Source: Rebecca billardiae RCC1528 | Taxonomy: Eukaryota; Protista; Haptophyta | DNA: 64,000 nt | NCBI GenBank assembly: GCA_965240325.2 | Contig: OZ251223.1 | Coordinates: 1,798,001 to 1,862,000 of the forward strand | Direction: 5' to 3' | Shown here: piece after piece, positions 40,205 to 52,200 of the stretch | How positions within the stretch are numbered: the first letter of the stretch is position 1 | Layout: the number at the start of each line of letters is the position of its first letter | The notes under the pieces: model-generated | What the model saw: the letters and a program-made list of their open reading frames with translations, nothing else | The model's database searches: none | What the model was told of the DNA's origin: nothing | Made by a program: the position numbers and the translations under genes

Positions 40205-43200
40205 TCAGGCGTTGCTTCGTCGGCCGGTTGGCCCGACCTGACCGCGCGCCGGCAGTCCAGCGCCGCCGCGCGCAGGGGCCTCACGAGCTGTGGCCGGCGC
40301 CGTACTCGCTGTGCGCGGCTCGTCCGCCGAGCTCTCGCCGCCGCCGATGACATGGTAGTCGTACTGCTCGCGCCGGCGGTCGAGCGCGCGCGCGGCGCGG
40401 TTGAGCACGAGCACGGACGAGGTCGTCGCGACGGCGGCGGCGGCGAAGAGCAGCCAGCAGCCCGCCTCGAGGTGCGCGACGATGCCGAAGCAGCGCGGGT
40501 CCTCGTCCACAAAGTCGAGCGCGTACCGCGCGAGCAGCGCGTTGAGCTCGTCGCACCGCCCCTTGAGCACGAACTGCGAGAACTGCTCGATCTCGGTCAC
40601 GGCGACCAGCAGCGCGAGCACAAAGATGTCGACGCCCGACCACGCGTTCACCATCTGCGCGAGGACGTAGCCCGCGGACTGCGCGCGCAGCGGGAGCGGG
40701 ACGGCCCAGAGCAGCGCGACCAGCGGGGGCAGCGCGAGCGGCATCGCGAGGTGCACGAGGAAGAAGATGAACAGCTGCCACACCGAGCCGGCCGAGAGCG
40801 GCGCGTACCCGGCCGCCTCCGTGAGCTCGAGCCCGGCGCCGATCAGCGAGAAGCGCCTCACGCGCGCCTCCTCGCCGAGCACGGTGCCGGCGAGGCCGGT
40901 GAACTCGAAGGAGAAGGCGGTCGCGCTCGCGCCGAGCACGACGAGCGCGAAGGAGAGCGGCAGCCCCAGCAGCGCGAGCGCGAGCAGCGCGCGGTCGCGC
41001 GCGCTCTCGTGCGGCAGCGCGCGCGAGAGCGACGACCATTGCCGGTACGGTCCGGCCGCGGTCACGTGCGCCGGCGGCTCGAGCCGCTCCGCCGCGGGCA
41101 GCGAGGCCTGCGCGCGGCGCGCGTGCGAGCGCCGCCGCTCCTCCGTGGCGCGGTGGAACGCGAGCACGGTGTGCGAGAGCAGGATCGAGAAGAGCGTCGC
41201 CGCCATCAGCCCGTACAGCCCGAAGCGCGGCTCGGCGCGCACCGTGAGCGTGCCGGCGCTCAGCCCGCCCAGCCACTCGGCCGGCACCGCGACGCGCATG
41301 TAGAACGCGACGCTCATCATCTGCATGACCGAGACATCGATGAGGGACCACTTGCCGTACGTGTGCAGGAAGGCGAGCAGCCGCTCGCGGTGCAGGGCGG
41401 GCAGCCACTGCGGCGGCACCAGCCAGAGGCACAGCATCCCGCCCAGCTTGAGATACGGCCAGCCGCCCGAGAAGAAGGCAATCACAGCTGCGAGCGGGTA
41501 GGTGCCCGCTGCCCACATGTCCGCGATCGTGTTGTCGAGGGAGAAGGCGAAGAGCGGCGGCGGGGTGAGCACCAGCCCGAAGGGCGTCTCGACGCGCACG
41601 ACCACCTCCGCGCCCACGCTCACGTTCGCCCAGAGGAAGAGCGCAAAGTCGAGCACGATCAGCGCGGCCATCAGCGCGCCGAACCGCGGGCTGGCGGCCG
41701 CCAGGCTGGTCGTCCACGCGGGCTCGAGCGGCGTGGCGCTGCGGCTGCCGAGCGCGGGCGCGCGGCTGGCGGCCGGCGCGGGGAGCGCAGCGGTCGACGG
41801 CGTGGGCGCGCGACTGCCCACGCCACTGCGCGCAGTGCCTTCCGCGGGCGTGGGCGCGCGGCTGCCCACGCCGCTCTGCGGTGGCGTGCCCGATGGCGTG
41901 GGCGCGGCGCTGCCGACAATGCTGGCCCACAGGCCAGTGGCGGGCGTGGGCGCGCGGCTGCCCACGCCGCTCTGCGGTGGCGTGCCCGATGGCGTGGGCG
42001 CGGCGCTGCCGACAATGCTGGCCCACAGGCCAGTGGCGGGCGTGGGCGCGCGGCTGCCCACGCCGCTCTGCGGTGGCGTGCCCGATGGCGTGGGCGCGGC
42101 GCTGCCGACAATGCTGGCCCACAGGCCAGTGGCGGGCGTGGGCGCGCGGCCTGCCGCACGGCTCGCGCCCTCGTGGAGCGGCTGAGGCACCGCGGCTTGC
42201 TCCTCCTCGTCAGCGCCCTCGCCCGCTCGGCCCGCGCCGGCCGCCCTGCCGCCATCGGCCACGTCGCTGCCGCCGGCTGCCGCTGGCCTCAGCCAGCTGA
42301 GCAGCGCGCGCGCGCCTGGCAGCGCGCTCGCGCCCGAGCGCTCCAGCCAGGAGGGGGCGCCGCCGCCCATGACGTGCACGGTGACCGCGTCCGGCCGGAG
42401 CGGCGGCGCGCCCGGGGAGCTCAGCGCGCCGCCTGCGCCGCCCGCCGCGCCCGCGCGCGCGCCCGCGACTCCGCCGCCACCGCTCTCGACAGCCCGCGCG
42501 CGCGGCGCTGCCTCGATCGGCTTGTGCCCCGCGCGCCGCCAGCGCACCCACCAGCGCGCGTACCACGCGCTCCCGACGACGAGGGCGAGGCCGAGCGCGC
42601 CGATCGCCGCGAGCGTGCCGCCGAGCAGCCCCGCGTCCTCCGCGGCGCGCACCTCGCGCGCCTCCTCAGCCAGCTCGGGCACCGCCGTGCGCCGGCACTC
42701 GGCGCGCGCCTCGGCCAGCCTCCCCGCCACCCACTCGTTGAGCGGGCGCAGCAGCAGCTCCTGCATGCCGTACGCGAGCCCGTCGTTCAGCGCGGCGGTG
42801 AGGCCGGCGTCGGCGCTCGCGAGCGCGTCGGCGAGCGCGCCGAGGTCGAGCGGCTCGCCCGTCGCCGCCGCGCTGCCGCTGCCCTGCAGCTCTGACAGCC
42901 GCAGCGCCAGCTGCTCGACTCGCAGCCGCGCGGCGCTGAGGGTGAGCCCGCCGCGCGCGGCGCTGCCCAGCAGGCACTGCACGCCGTTGCCGTCGATCAG
43001 CGCGCCGACGCTCACGCCGAAGAGCTCGTCCTGCTCGACGAGCAGCTGCACCTCGTCCAGGTCGACGTGCAGCGCGCGCATCGTGCCGTTCGCGACGAAC
43101 GACGCGAGGATATCCGCGCCCATGCCCTCGTAGTCGACGGCGGCGCGCACGCCCGCGCGCAGCGGGCGGCCGCCGTCCGCGTCGCCGCCGAGCGTGAAGC

Positions 43201-46200
43201 TGGAGCTCAGGCTGGGCACGCCGGCCGCGCCGCCGCCGCCGTCGTCCACGCGCAGCAGCTGCGCCGCCGAGAGCGTGTCGACGTCGAGCAGCGCGCCGTC
43301 CGCCAGCACGACGTGCGCGCCGCCAAAGTCCGGGCCGAAGTCGAGCTCCTCGTCGAGCAGGACTCCGGGCAGCTGCACCGCGGCGCGCGCGCCGAGCGCA
43401 TACTCGAGGGCGGGCGCGATCAGCGCGTTCACGCCCACGACGCCGAGCTCGTCCAGCCGGCGGACCGCCTCGTCGACCAGCCACCACGCGCCCCAGTCGA
43501 TGTATGAGCCCGCGCCCGCCGAGGCGTCCCCGTCCGAGCCAGCCTGCAGCCGGCGCGCGCGCGCGCGCCGGCGCGCGCTCGCCTCGGCGCAGCTCTGCGT
43601 GCCGCCCGCGTCGCGCGCCGCCTGCTCGAGCGCGCCGCCGATGGGCGCGCGCGCGCGCTCGACCGAGTCGAGCAGCCCGCCGAGCTCGGCGAGGACGGCC
43701 GACGCGCGCGCGCTCGCGAGCGCGAGCGGCACGAGCGCGCGGTCCGCGGCCTCCATGAGCGCGGGCACCCAGCCGCTCGGCGCCGCGCCTGCCGCGCCCG
43801 CCGCCGTCAGCCGCAGCGTCCGGAACGTGCCACCCAGCTGCAGCGCGCGCACCGACACTCCCTCCAGCGTGCGCAGCGCGCAGCTCGGCTCCGCGTCGTT
43901 GGCAAGCAGCTCGCCCAGGGTGAGCTCGCGCGCGGCCAAGTCGTTCACCGCGACGAAGACCGTCGCGTTGAGCGCGAGGCGCTCGACCGTCGTGCGCGCC
44001 ACGAGCGTGCTCAGCTCGAGCGCGCCGCTCGAGTTGAGCAGCGCGCCGAGCAGGCCGCCCTCCTGCGCGCGCAGCCGCACGGCCAGCCGGATCTCGAGCT
44101 CGATCTCGCTGAACTCGACAGACGCGCGCACCGTCTGCGCCTGCGGGGGACTCACCTCGGCGAGCGCCACGCTGCGCAGCGAGTCCAGGCCGACGATCGA
44201 GGCGGAGGCGAGGCTGACCGACAGGCCGAGCGCGCCGCCGAGCTCGTCCGACTCTGAGACGAGCGGCACAGACAGGTCGGTCAGCTCGAGCCGCGCGCTG
44301 TCGCCGGCGAGCGTGCGCACCCACGTGGGGAGCGTTGACTCGAGCTCGCTCATCCCGCCGAAGATCTCGCCGAGCGCGAGCGCCGCGCTCAGCCCGAGCG
44401 TGTCGGGCACCGAGTCCGGCAGCTGCAGCAGCGACGGCAGCTCGGCCGAGGCGCACGCGCTGCCGTTGCTCAGGTTGCGCGCGAGGGCGAGCGCGTCCCG
44501 AAGCGCGCCGCCCAGCTGCGCGCGCGCCGGGCCCGCGAGCGCGCTCGCGAGCAGCTCGTTGGCGCCCACGCTCAGCTCGGCCGTCGCTACGCCGAGCAGC
44601 GCGTGCGTCGCGGCCGACAGCTCGGACCAGAGCGCGCCGCCATCGACGCCGCTGATCAGGGGCGCGTCGAGCGCACCGAGCGTCGCGTTGAGCCGCACGA
44701 TGCCGAACGCGGGCTCGTCCAGCGCGCCGAGCGCGCACGCGAGCACGCGCGACACCGGGTCGTCGACGAGCAGCTGCTCGAACGTGAGGTTGGACAGCAG
44801 CGACGGCACCACCGGCACGCTCACCGTCGCAGACGCGCCCACGTCGTGAACGCCCGCCGACACGACCGCGTCCTCAAACAGCGACACCTCCGTGCCGTCC
44901 CACAGCGACAACGACACCGACAGCTGCGCAGTGGCGCGCACGGCGCCCAGCTGCAGCTGCAGCTGCACCGACGTGCTGAGCACATCTGGGTCGATGCCCG
45001 ACAGGTTGGAGGCCAGCTCGGCGGCGGACGCGGGCTGCACGCGCAGGGCGCGCACGCTGTCGAGGCCGCTCACGTTCAGGCTGCGCACGGCGATGCTGGC
45101 GTTGAGCAGCCCGCCCAGGGGCACGCTCAGGGCGAGCGGCGGCAGCGCGTCTGGCACGATGGGCAGCGGCCCGGGCGCCACCGCCCGCACGAGCGCGCTC
45201 AGGTCGAGCGGCGCCTCGGGCGGCGCGACCAGCTCGTTGAGCACCTCGCCCAGCGAGCGCACCACGTCGAGCTCGGCCCACGCGTACGCCTCCGCGGCCG
45301 CCGGGGGTGCGCTCAGCGCCGACGTGGGCTGCGCGGGGCAGTCGGGCGGCTCTGAGGTGAGCCCTGCGCTCAGCTGCTCGAGCTGCGCCTGCAGCCACGC
45401 GTGCGCCGGGCCATCGACCGCTTGCGCGAGCAGCGCGAGCACGTCGGCCGTGAGCGAGGCGGTCGCGGCGCCGAGCAGCGCATTCGCCGCGCGCTGCAGC
45501 TCCGCAAAGAGAGGCCCGTCGATGCCGCCGAGCGCCGGCGCAGTGAGCGTGCCCACCGACGCGTTGAGCTGCACCACGCCCAGCGCGGACATGTCCACCG
45601 CGCCGAGCGCGCACGCCAGCACACGCGACACCGGATCGTCGACGAGCAGCTGTTCGAACGTGAGGTTGGACAGCAGCGACGGCACCACCGGCACGCTCAC
45701 CGTTGCAGACGCGCCCACATCGTGCACGCCCGCCGACACGACCGCGTCCTCAAACAGCGACACCTCCGTGCCGTCCCACAGCGACACCGACAGCGACAGC
45801 TGCGCGCTCACGTCCAGCTGCGCGACCTCGACAGCCGCGTGCAGCGAGGTGGCGAGCAGCTCGTCCGCAATACCTGACAGCTCGTCGCTCGACGCAGTGG
45901 CTGCCGGTGCAAGCTGCAGCCTGCGCACGCTGTCGAGGCCGCTGATGTTGAGCGCGCTGATGTTCACCGTCACGTTGCCCCACGCGCATGCCGAGACGGC
46001 CAGCGTGGTCGGAGCCATCGCCCCTGGCACCACGTCCAGCACGCCGCCCGGTGCGAGCAGCCGCGCCAGTGCGCCCAGGTCGAGCGTTCGATTCGGCGCG
46101 GCCACGAGGCTGCTGAGCTCCTCGCTCAGAGCCACGACAGCATCGACCTCGTGCCACGCGAGCGCATCCGGCGAGGGTGGCAGCGCGCTCACACTCGAAG

Positions 46201-49200
46201 ATGGCTGCGCGGGGCAGTCAGCGGCCTCGTCGCACCCGCCAACGAGCTGCGACATACGCTCATCCAGTAGCGCATGCACTGGGCCATCGAGCACTCTGGC
46301 GAGCAGCGAGCGAGCATCGCCGAGGAGCTCGTCGGCGGCAAACTGCGCCAAGGCGAGGGCTGCCTCCTCCACCTCGGCCCATGCACTGCCGAGTGCGGCG
46401 CTCAGCACGTCGGTAACAAACGCACCAACGCCCACGCTGAGAACTCCGATGCTGACATTCAGCTGCACCACGCCCAGGGACGCCGTGTCGAGTGCGCCCA
46501 GCGCGCACGCGAGGACCCGGCTTGCCGGGTCGTCGACGAGCAGCTGCTCGAACGTGAGGTTGGACAGCAGCGACGGCACCACCGGCACGCTCACCGTCGC
46601 AGACGCGCCCACGTCGTGAACGCCCGCCGACACGACCGCGTCCTCGAACAGCGACACCTCATTGCCGTCCCACAGCGACACCGACACCGACAGCTGTGCG
46701 CTCACGTTGAGCTGCGCGACCTCGACAGCCGCGTGCAGCGAGGACGCGAGCAGCTCGGCTGCAACGTTGGACAGCTCGTCGCCCGTCGCAGTGGCTGCCG
46801 GTGCGAGCTGCAGCCCACGCACGCTGTCGAGGCCGCTGATGTTGACGAAGCTGACGTTTACCGTTAAGTTGCCCAACGCGCAGAGCGCGATCGGCAGGCT
46901 GATTGCCGGGGCCAGCTGAGGCACCACGCCGAGCGAGCCGCCGGGCGCAAAGAGCCGCGTCATCGCGTTGACGTCGAGCGCGGGGGGCGAGGACGAGACC
47001 AACTCGTCCAGCTTCTCGCTCAAAGACACGACGGTCTCCACCTCGTGCCACGCGAGCGCCTCGGAGGATGGCGGCGGCAGGCTTGCCGCGGATGTCGGCT
47101 GGGCCGGGCAGTCACCAGCCTCCCCGCACCACTCCAGAACCTGCGCGAGCTGCTCGTCGAGCGTCGCATGCGCCCACCTGTCGAGCACGGGCGCAAGCAG
47201 TGCCTGCACTTCCGGAGCCGTGAGCAGGCCAAGCCCCGCGTTGAGCAAGGCCAAGGCCCCAGCCCCCGCCTCAGCCCACGCTCGGCCGAGCTGGTCGCTC
47301 GTCTGCGCAACACCAAGCGTGCCGATGCCGAGCTCGAGCGAGCCCAGCGTGACGTTGAGCTGCACCACGCCCAGCGACGTTGTGTCGAGTGCGCCAAGGG
47401 CGCACGCCAGCACTCGGCTTGCCGGGTCGTCGACGAGCAGCTGCTCGAACGTGAGGTTGGACAGCAGCGACGGCACCACCGGCACGCTCACCGTCGCAGA
47501 CGCGCCCACGTCGTGCACGCCCGCCGACACGACCGCGTCCTCGAACAGCGACACCTCCGTGCCGTCCCACAGCGACACCGACACCGACAGCTGCGCGCTC
47601 ACGTTGAGCCGCGCGACCTCGACAGCCGCGTGCAGCGAGGACGCGAGCAGCTCGTCTGCAACGTTGGACAGCTCGTCGCCCGTCGCAGTGGCTGCTGGCG
47701 CGAGCTGCAGCCCGGCCACGCTGTCGAGGCCGCTGATGTTGACAAAGCTGACGTTCACCGTCAAGTTGCCCAACGCGCAGAGCGCGATCGGTAGACTGGT
47801 TGCCGGGGCCAGCTTCGGCACCACGCCCAGCACGCCGCCGGGCACGAACACGCGAGTAAGAGCGTTCACGTCGAGCGTGGGGGGCGAGGACGAGAGCAGC
47901 TCGTCCAGCTTCTCTCTCAGCACTGCCACCGCCTCCACCTCGTGCCACGCGAGCGCCTCGGAGGATGGCGCCGGCAGGTCCGGAGTGGAGTACGGCTGCG
48001 CTGGGCAGTCGCCCACCTCCTCACACCAGCCCAAGAGCTGCAAGAGCTGCTCGTCCAGCATCGTGAGCGCAGGCCCACCCAGCGCGGGCGCGAGCAGCGC
48101 CTGCAACTGCGAGGCCGTCGCCACGTCCAGCGCCGAGTTGACCATCGCGGTCACGCCCGGCTCGAGCTCCGCCCACGCACGGCCGAGCAGACCGACTGCC
48201 GCAGCTGAGCCAAACGTGCTCATGCCGATCACAAGCGACCCCACCGACGCGTTGAGCTGCACCACACCCAGGGCGGAGGTGTCAAGCCCGCCCAGCGCGC
48301 ACGCCAGCACTCGGCTTGCCGGGTCGTCGACGAGCAGCTGCTCGAACGTGAGGTTGGACAGCAGCGACGGCACCACCGGCACGCTCACCGTCGCAGACGC
48401 GCCCACGTCGTGCACGCCAGCCGACACGACCGCGTCCTCGAACAGCGACACCTCCGTGCCGTCCCACAGCGACACCGACACCGACAGCTGCGCGCTCACG
48501 TTGAGATGCGCGACCTCGACCGCCGCGTGCAGCGAGGTGGCGAGCAGCTCGGCTGCAACGTTGGACAGCTCGTCGGCGGTCGCAGTGGCTGCCGGTGCGA
48601 GCTGAAGCCCGGTCAAGCTATCCAGGCCGCTGATGTTGAGCGCGCGCAGCTGCACCGTGAGGTTGGCCACGCCCTCCAGCGGCAGCACAAGCGAGACGGC
48701 TGGGGCCAGCTGCGGCACCACGCCCAGCACGCCGCCGGGCACGAACACGCGCGTCAGAGCGTTCACGTCGAGCGTGGGGGGCGAGGACGAGAGCAGCTCG
48801 TCCAGCTTCTCTCTCAGCACTGCCACCGCCTCCACCTCGTGCCACGCGAGCGCGTCAGGCGATGGCGCCGGCAAGCTCGCCGCGGATGTCGGCTGCGATG
48901 GGCAGGTGCCAGCTTGGTCCAAGCGGTCGACGTGCTGCGCGAGCTGCTGGTTAAAGACCGGAAGCACGAGCTTGTCAAGCTCGCGCAGAAGTAGCGCCGG
49001 CACGTTCGATGTCGTGAGCTCTTCAAGAGCTGTATTTGCAATCGCAACAGCTGCTGCCTCGACCTCCGACCAGAGGCCAGCAAGCCAGCCGGTGTCCGAA
49101 ACTGCATTCGTGGAACCGATTGCTGCCTCGAGAGCGCCCAGCGTGATGTTGAGCTGCACCACGCCCAGGGCGGAGGTGTCTACTGCGCCGAGCGCGCACG

Positions 49201-52200
49201 CGAGCACTCGGCTTGCCGGGTCGTCGACGAGCAGCTGCTCGAACGTGAGGTTGGACAGCAGCGACGGCACCACCGGCACGCTCACCGTCGCAGACACGCC
49301 CACGTCGTGCATGCCAGCCGACACGACCGCGTCCTCGAACAGCGACACCTCCGTGCCGTCCCACAGCGACACCGACACCGACAGCTGCGCGCTCACGCCC
49401 ACCGAAGACAACTCGACAGCCGCGTGCAGCGAGGAGGCAAGCAGCTCGTCCGCAATGTCAGACAGCCCAACGGACGACGCGGCGGCCGTCTGCGCGGGTG
49501 ACAGCTGCAGCCCGGCCAAGCTGTCCAGGCCACTGATGTTGAGCGCGCGCAGCTGCACGGTGAGGTTGGCCACGCCCTCCAGCGGCAGCACCAGCGAGAC
49601 CGCTGGGGCCAGCTGCGGCACCACGCCCAGCACGCCGCCGGGCACGAACACGCGAGTAAGAGCGTTCACGTCGAGCGTGGGGGGCGAGGACGAGAGCAGC
49701 TCGTCCAGCGTCTCGCTCAGCACTGCCACCGCCTCCACCTCGTGCCACGCCAGCGCGCCGGGCACGGCAGGCAGAGCATCAACAACCACCGCCGGCTGTG
49801 CATGGCAGTCTCCCAGCATGCCCAATTCAGCTGCGAATTGCGAGAGCTGCTCGTCCAGCATCGTGAGCGCAGGCCCGCCCAGCACGGGCTTGAGCAGCGC
49901 CTGCGCCTCCGAGGCCGTCGCCAAGTCCAGCGCCGAGTTGAGCATCGCCGTCACGCCCGGCTCGAGCTCCGCCCACGCAGGCCCGGGCCAGCCAGTCCGC
50001 GCCAAAAGACCCGGCGTGCCGATGCCGAGCTCGAGCGACCCAACCGACGCGTTGAGCTGCACCACGCCCAGGGCGGAGGTGTCTACTGCGCCGAGCGCGC
50101 ACGCCAGCACTCGGCTTGCCGGGTCGTCGACGAGCAGCTGCTCGAACGTGAGGTTGGACAGCAGCGACGGCACCACCGGCACGCTCACCGTCGCAGACGC
50201 GCCCACGTCGTGCACGCCAGCCGACACGGCCGCGTCCTCAAACAGCGACACCTCCGTGCCGTCCCACAGCGACAACGACACCGAGAGCTGCGCGCTCACG
50301 TCCAGCTGCGCGACCTCGACAGCCGCGTGCAGCGAAGTGGCGAGCAGCTCGTCCGCAATACCTGACAGCTCGTCGCTCGACGCAGTGGCTGCCGGTGCGA
50401 GCTGCAGCCCGGTCAAGCTGTCCAGGCCGCTGATGTTGAGCGCGCTCAGCTGCACGGTGAGGTTGGCCACGCCCTCCAGCGGCAGCACCAGCGAGACGGC
50501 TGGGGCCAGCTGCGGCACCACGCCCAGCACGCCGCCGGGCACGAACACGCGCGTCAGAGCGTTCACGTCGAGTGTGGGGGGCGAGGATGAGAGCAGCTCG
50601 CCCAACTTCTCGCTCAGCACTGCCACCGCCTCCACCTCGTGCCAAGCCAGCGCACCGGAGGATGGCGCCGGCAGCTGTGCAGCAGACGACGGCTGCGCTG
50701 GGCAGTCGGTGGAGTTATCAAACATAGCCACGAGCTGCGCGAGCTGCTCGTCCAGCATCGTGAGCGCAGGCCCACCCAGCGCGGGCGCGAGCAGCGCCTG
50801 CAACTGCGAGGCCGTCGCCACGTCCAGCGCCGAGTTGAGCATCGCGGCCACGCCCGGCTCAAGCTCCGCCCACGCTCGCCCGAGCAAATCGACTGTCGGA
50901 GCTGAGCCAAACGTGCTCATGCCGATCACAAGCGACCCCACCGACGCGTTGAGCTGCACCACACCCAGGGCGGAGGTGTCAAGCCCGCCCAGCGCGCACG
51001 CCAGCACTCGGCTTGCCGGGGCGTCGACGAGCAGCTGCTCAAACGTGAGGTTGGACAGCAGCGACGGCACCACCGGCACGCTCACCGTCGCAGACGCGCC
51101 CACGTCGTGCGCGCCAGCCGACACGACCGCGTCCTCAAACAGCGACACCTCCGTGCCGTCCCACAGCGACAACGACACCGAGAGCTGCGCGCTCACGTCC
51201 AGCTGCGCGACCTCGACAGCCGCGTGCAGCGAAGTGGCGAGCAGCTCGTCCGCAATACCTGACAGCTCGTCGCTCGACGCAGTGGCTGCCGGTGCGAGCT
51301 GCAGCCCGGTCAAGCTGTCCAGGCCGCTGATGTTGAGCGCGCTCAGCTGCACGGTGAGGTTGGCCACGCCCTCCAGCGGCAGCACCAGCGAGACCGCTGG
51401 GGCCAGCTGCGGCACCACGCCCAGCACGCCGCCGGGCACGAACACGCGCGTCAGAGCGTTCACGTCGAGTGTGGGGGGCGAGGACGAGAGCAGCTCGTCC
51501 AACTTCTCGCTCAGCACTGCCACCGCCTCCACCTCGTGCCAAGCGAACGCCTCGGAGGATGGCGCCGGCAGCTGTGCAGCAGACGACGGCTGCGCCGGGC
51601 AGTCGGTGGAGTTATCAAACATAGCCACGAGCTGCGCGAGCTGCTCGTCCAGCATCGTGAGCGCAGGCCCACCCAGCGCGGGCGCGAGCAGCGCCTGCAA
51701 CTGCGAGGCCGTCGCCACGTCCAGCGCCGAGTTGAGCATCGCGGCCACGCCCACCTCGAGCTCCGCCCACGCACGCCCGAGCAGACCGACTGTCGGAGCT
51801 GAGCCAAACGTGCTCACGCCGAGCTCGAGCGACCCCACCGACGCGTTGAGCTGCACCACGCCCAGGGCGGAGGTGTCCAGCCCGCCCAGCGCGCACGCCA
51901 GCACTCGGCTTGCCGGGTCGTCGACGAGCAGCTGCTCAAACGTGAGGTTGGACAGCAGCGACGGCACCACCGGCACGCTCACCGTCGCAGACGCGCCCAC
52001 GTCGTGCGCGCCCGCCGACACGACCGCGTCCTCAAACAGCGACACCTCCGTGCCGTCCCACAGCGACAACGACACCGAGAGCTGCGCGCTCACGTCCAGC
52101 TGCGCAACCTCGACAGCCGCGTGCAGCGAGGTGGCGAGCAGCTCGTCCGCAATACTTGACAGCTCGTCGCTCGACGCAGTGGCTGCCGGTGCGAGCTGAA

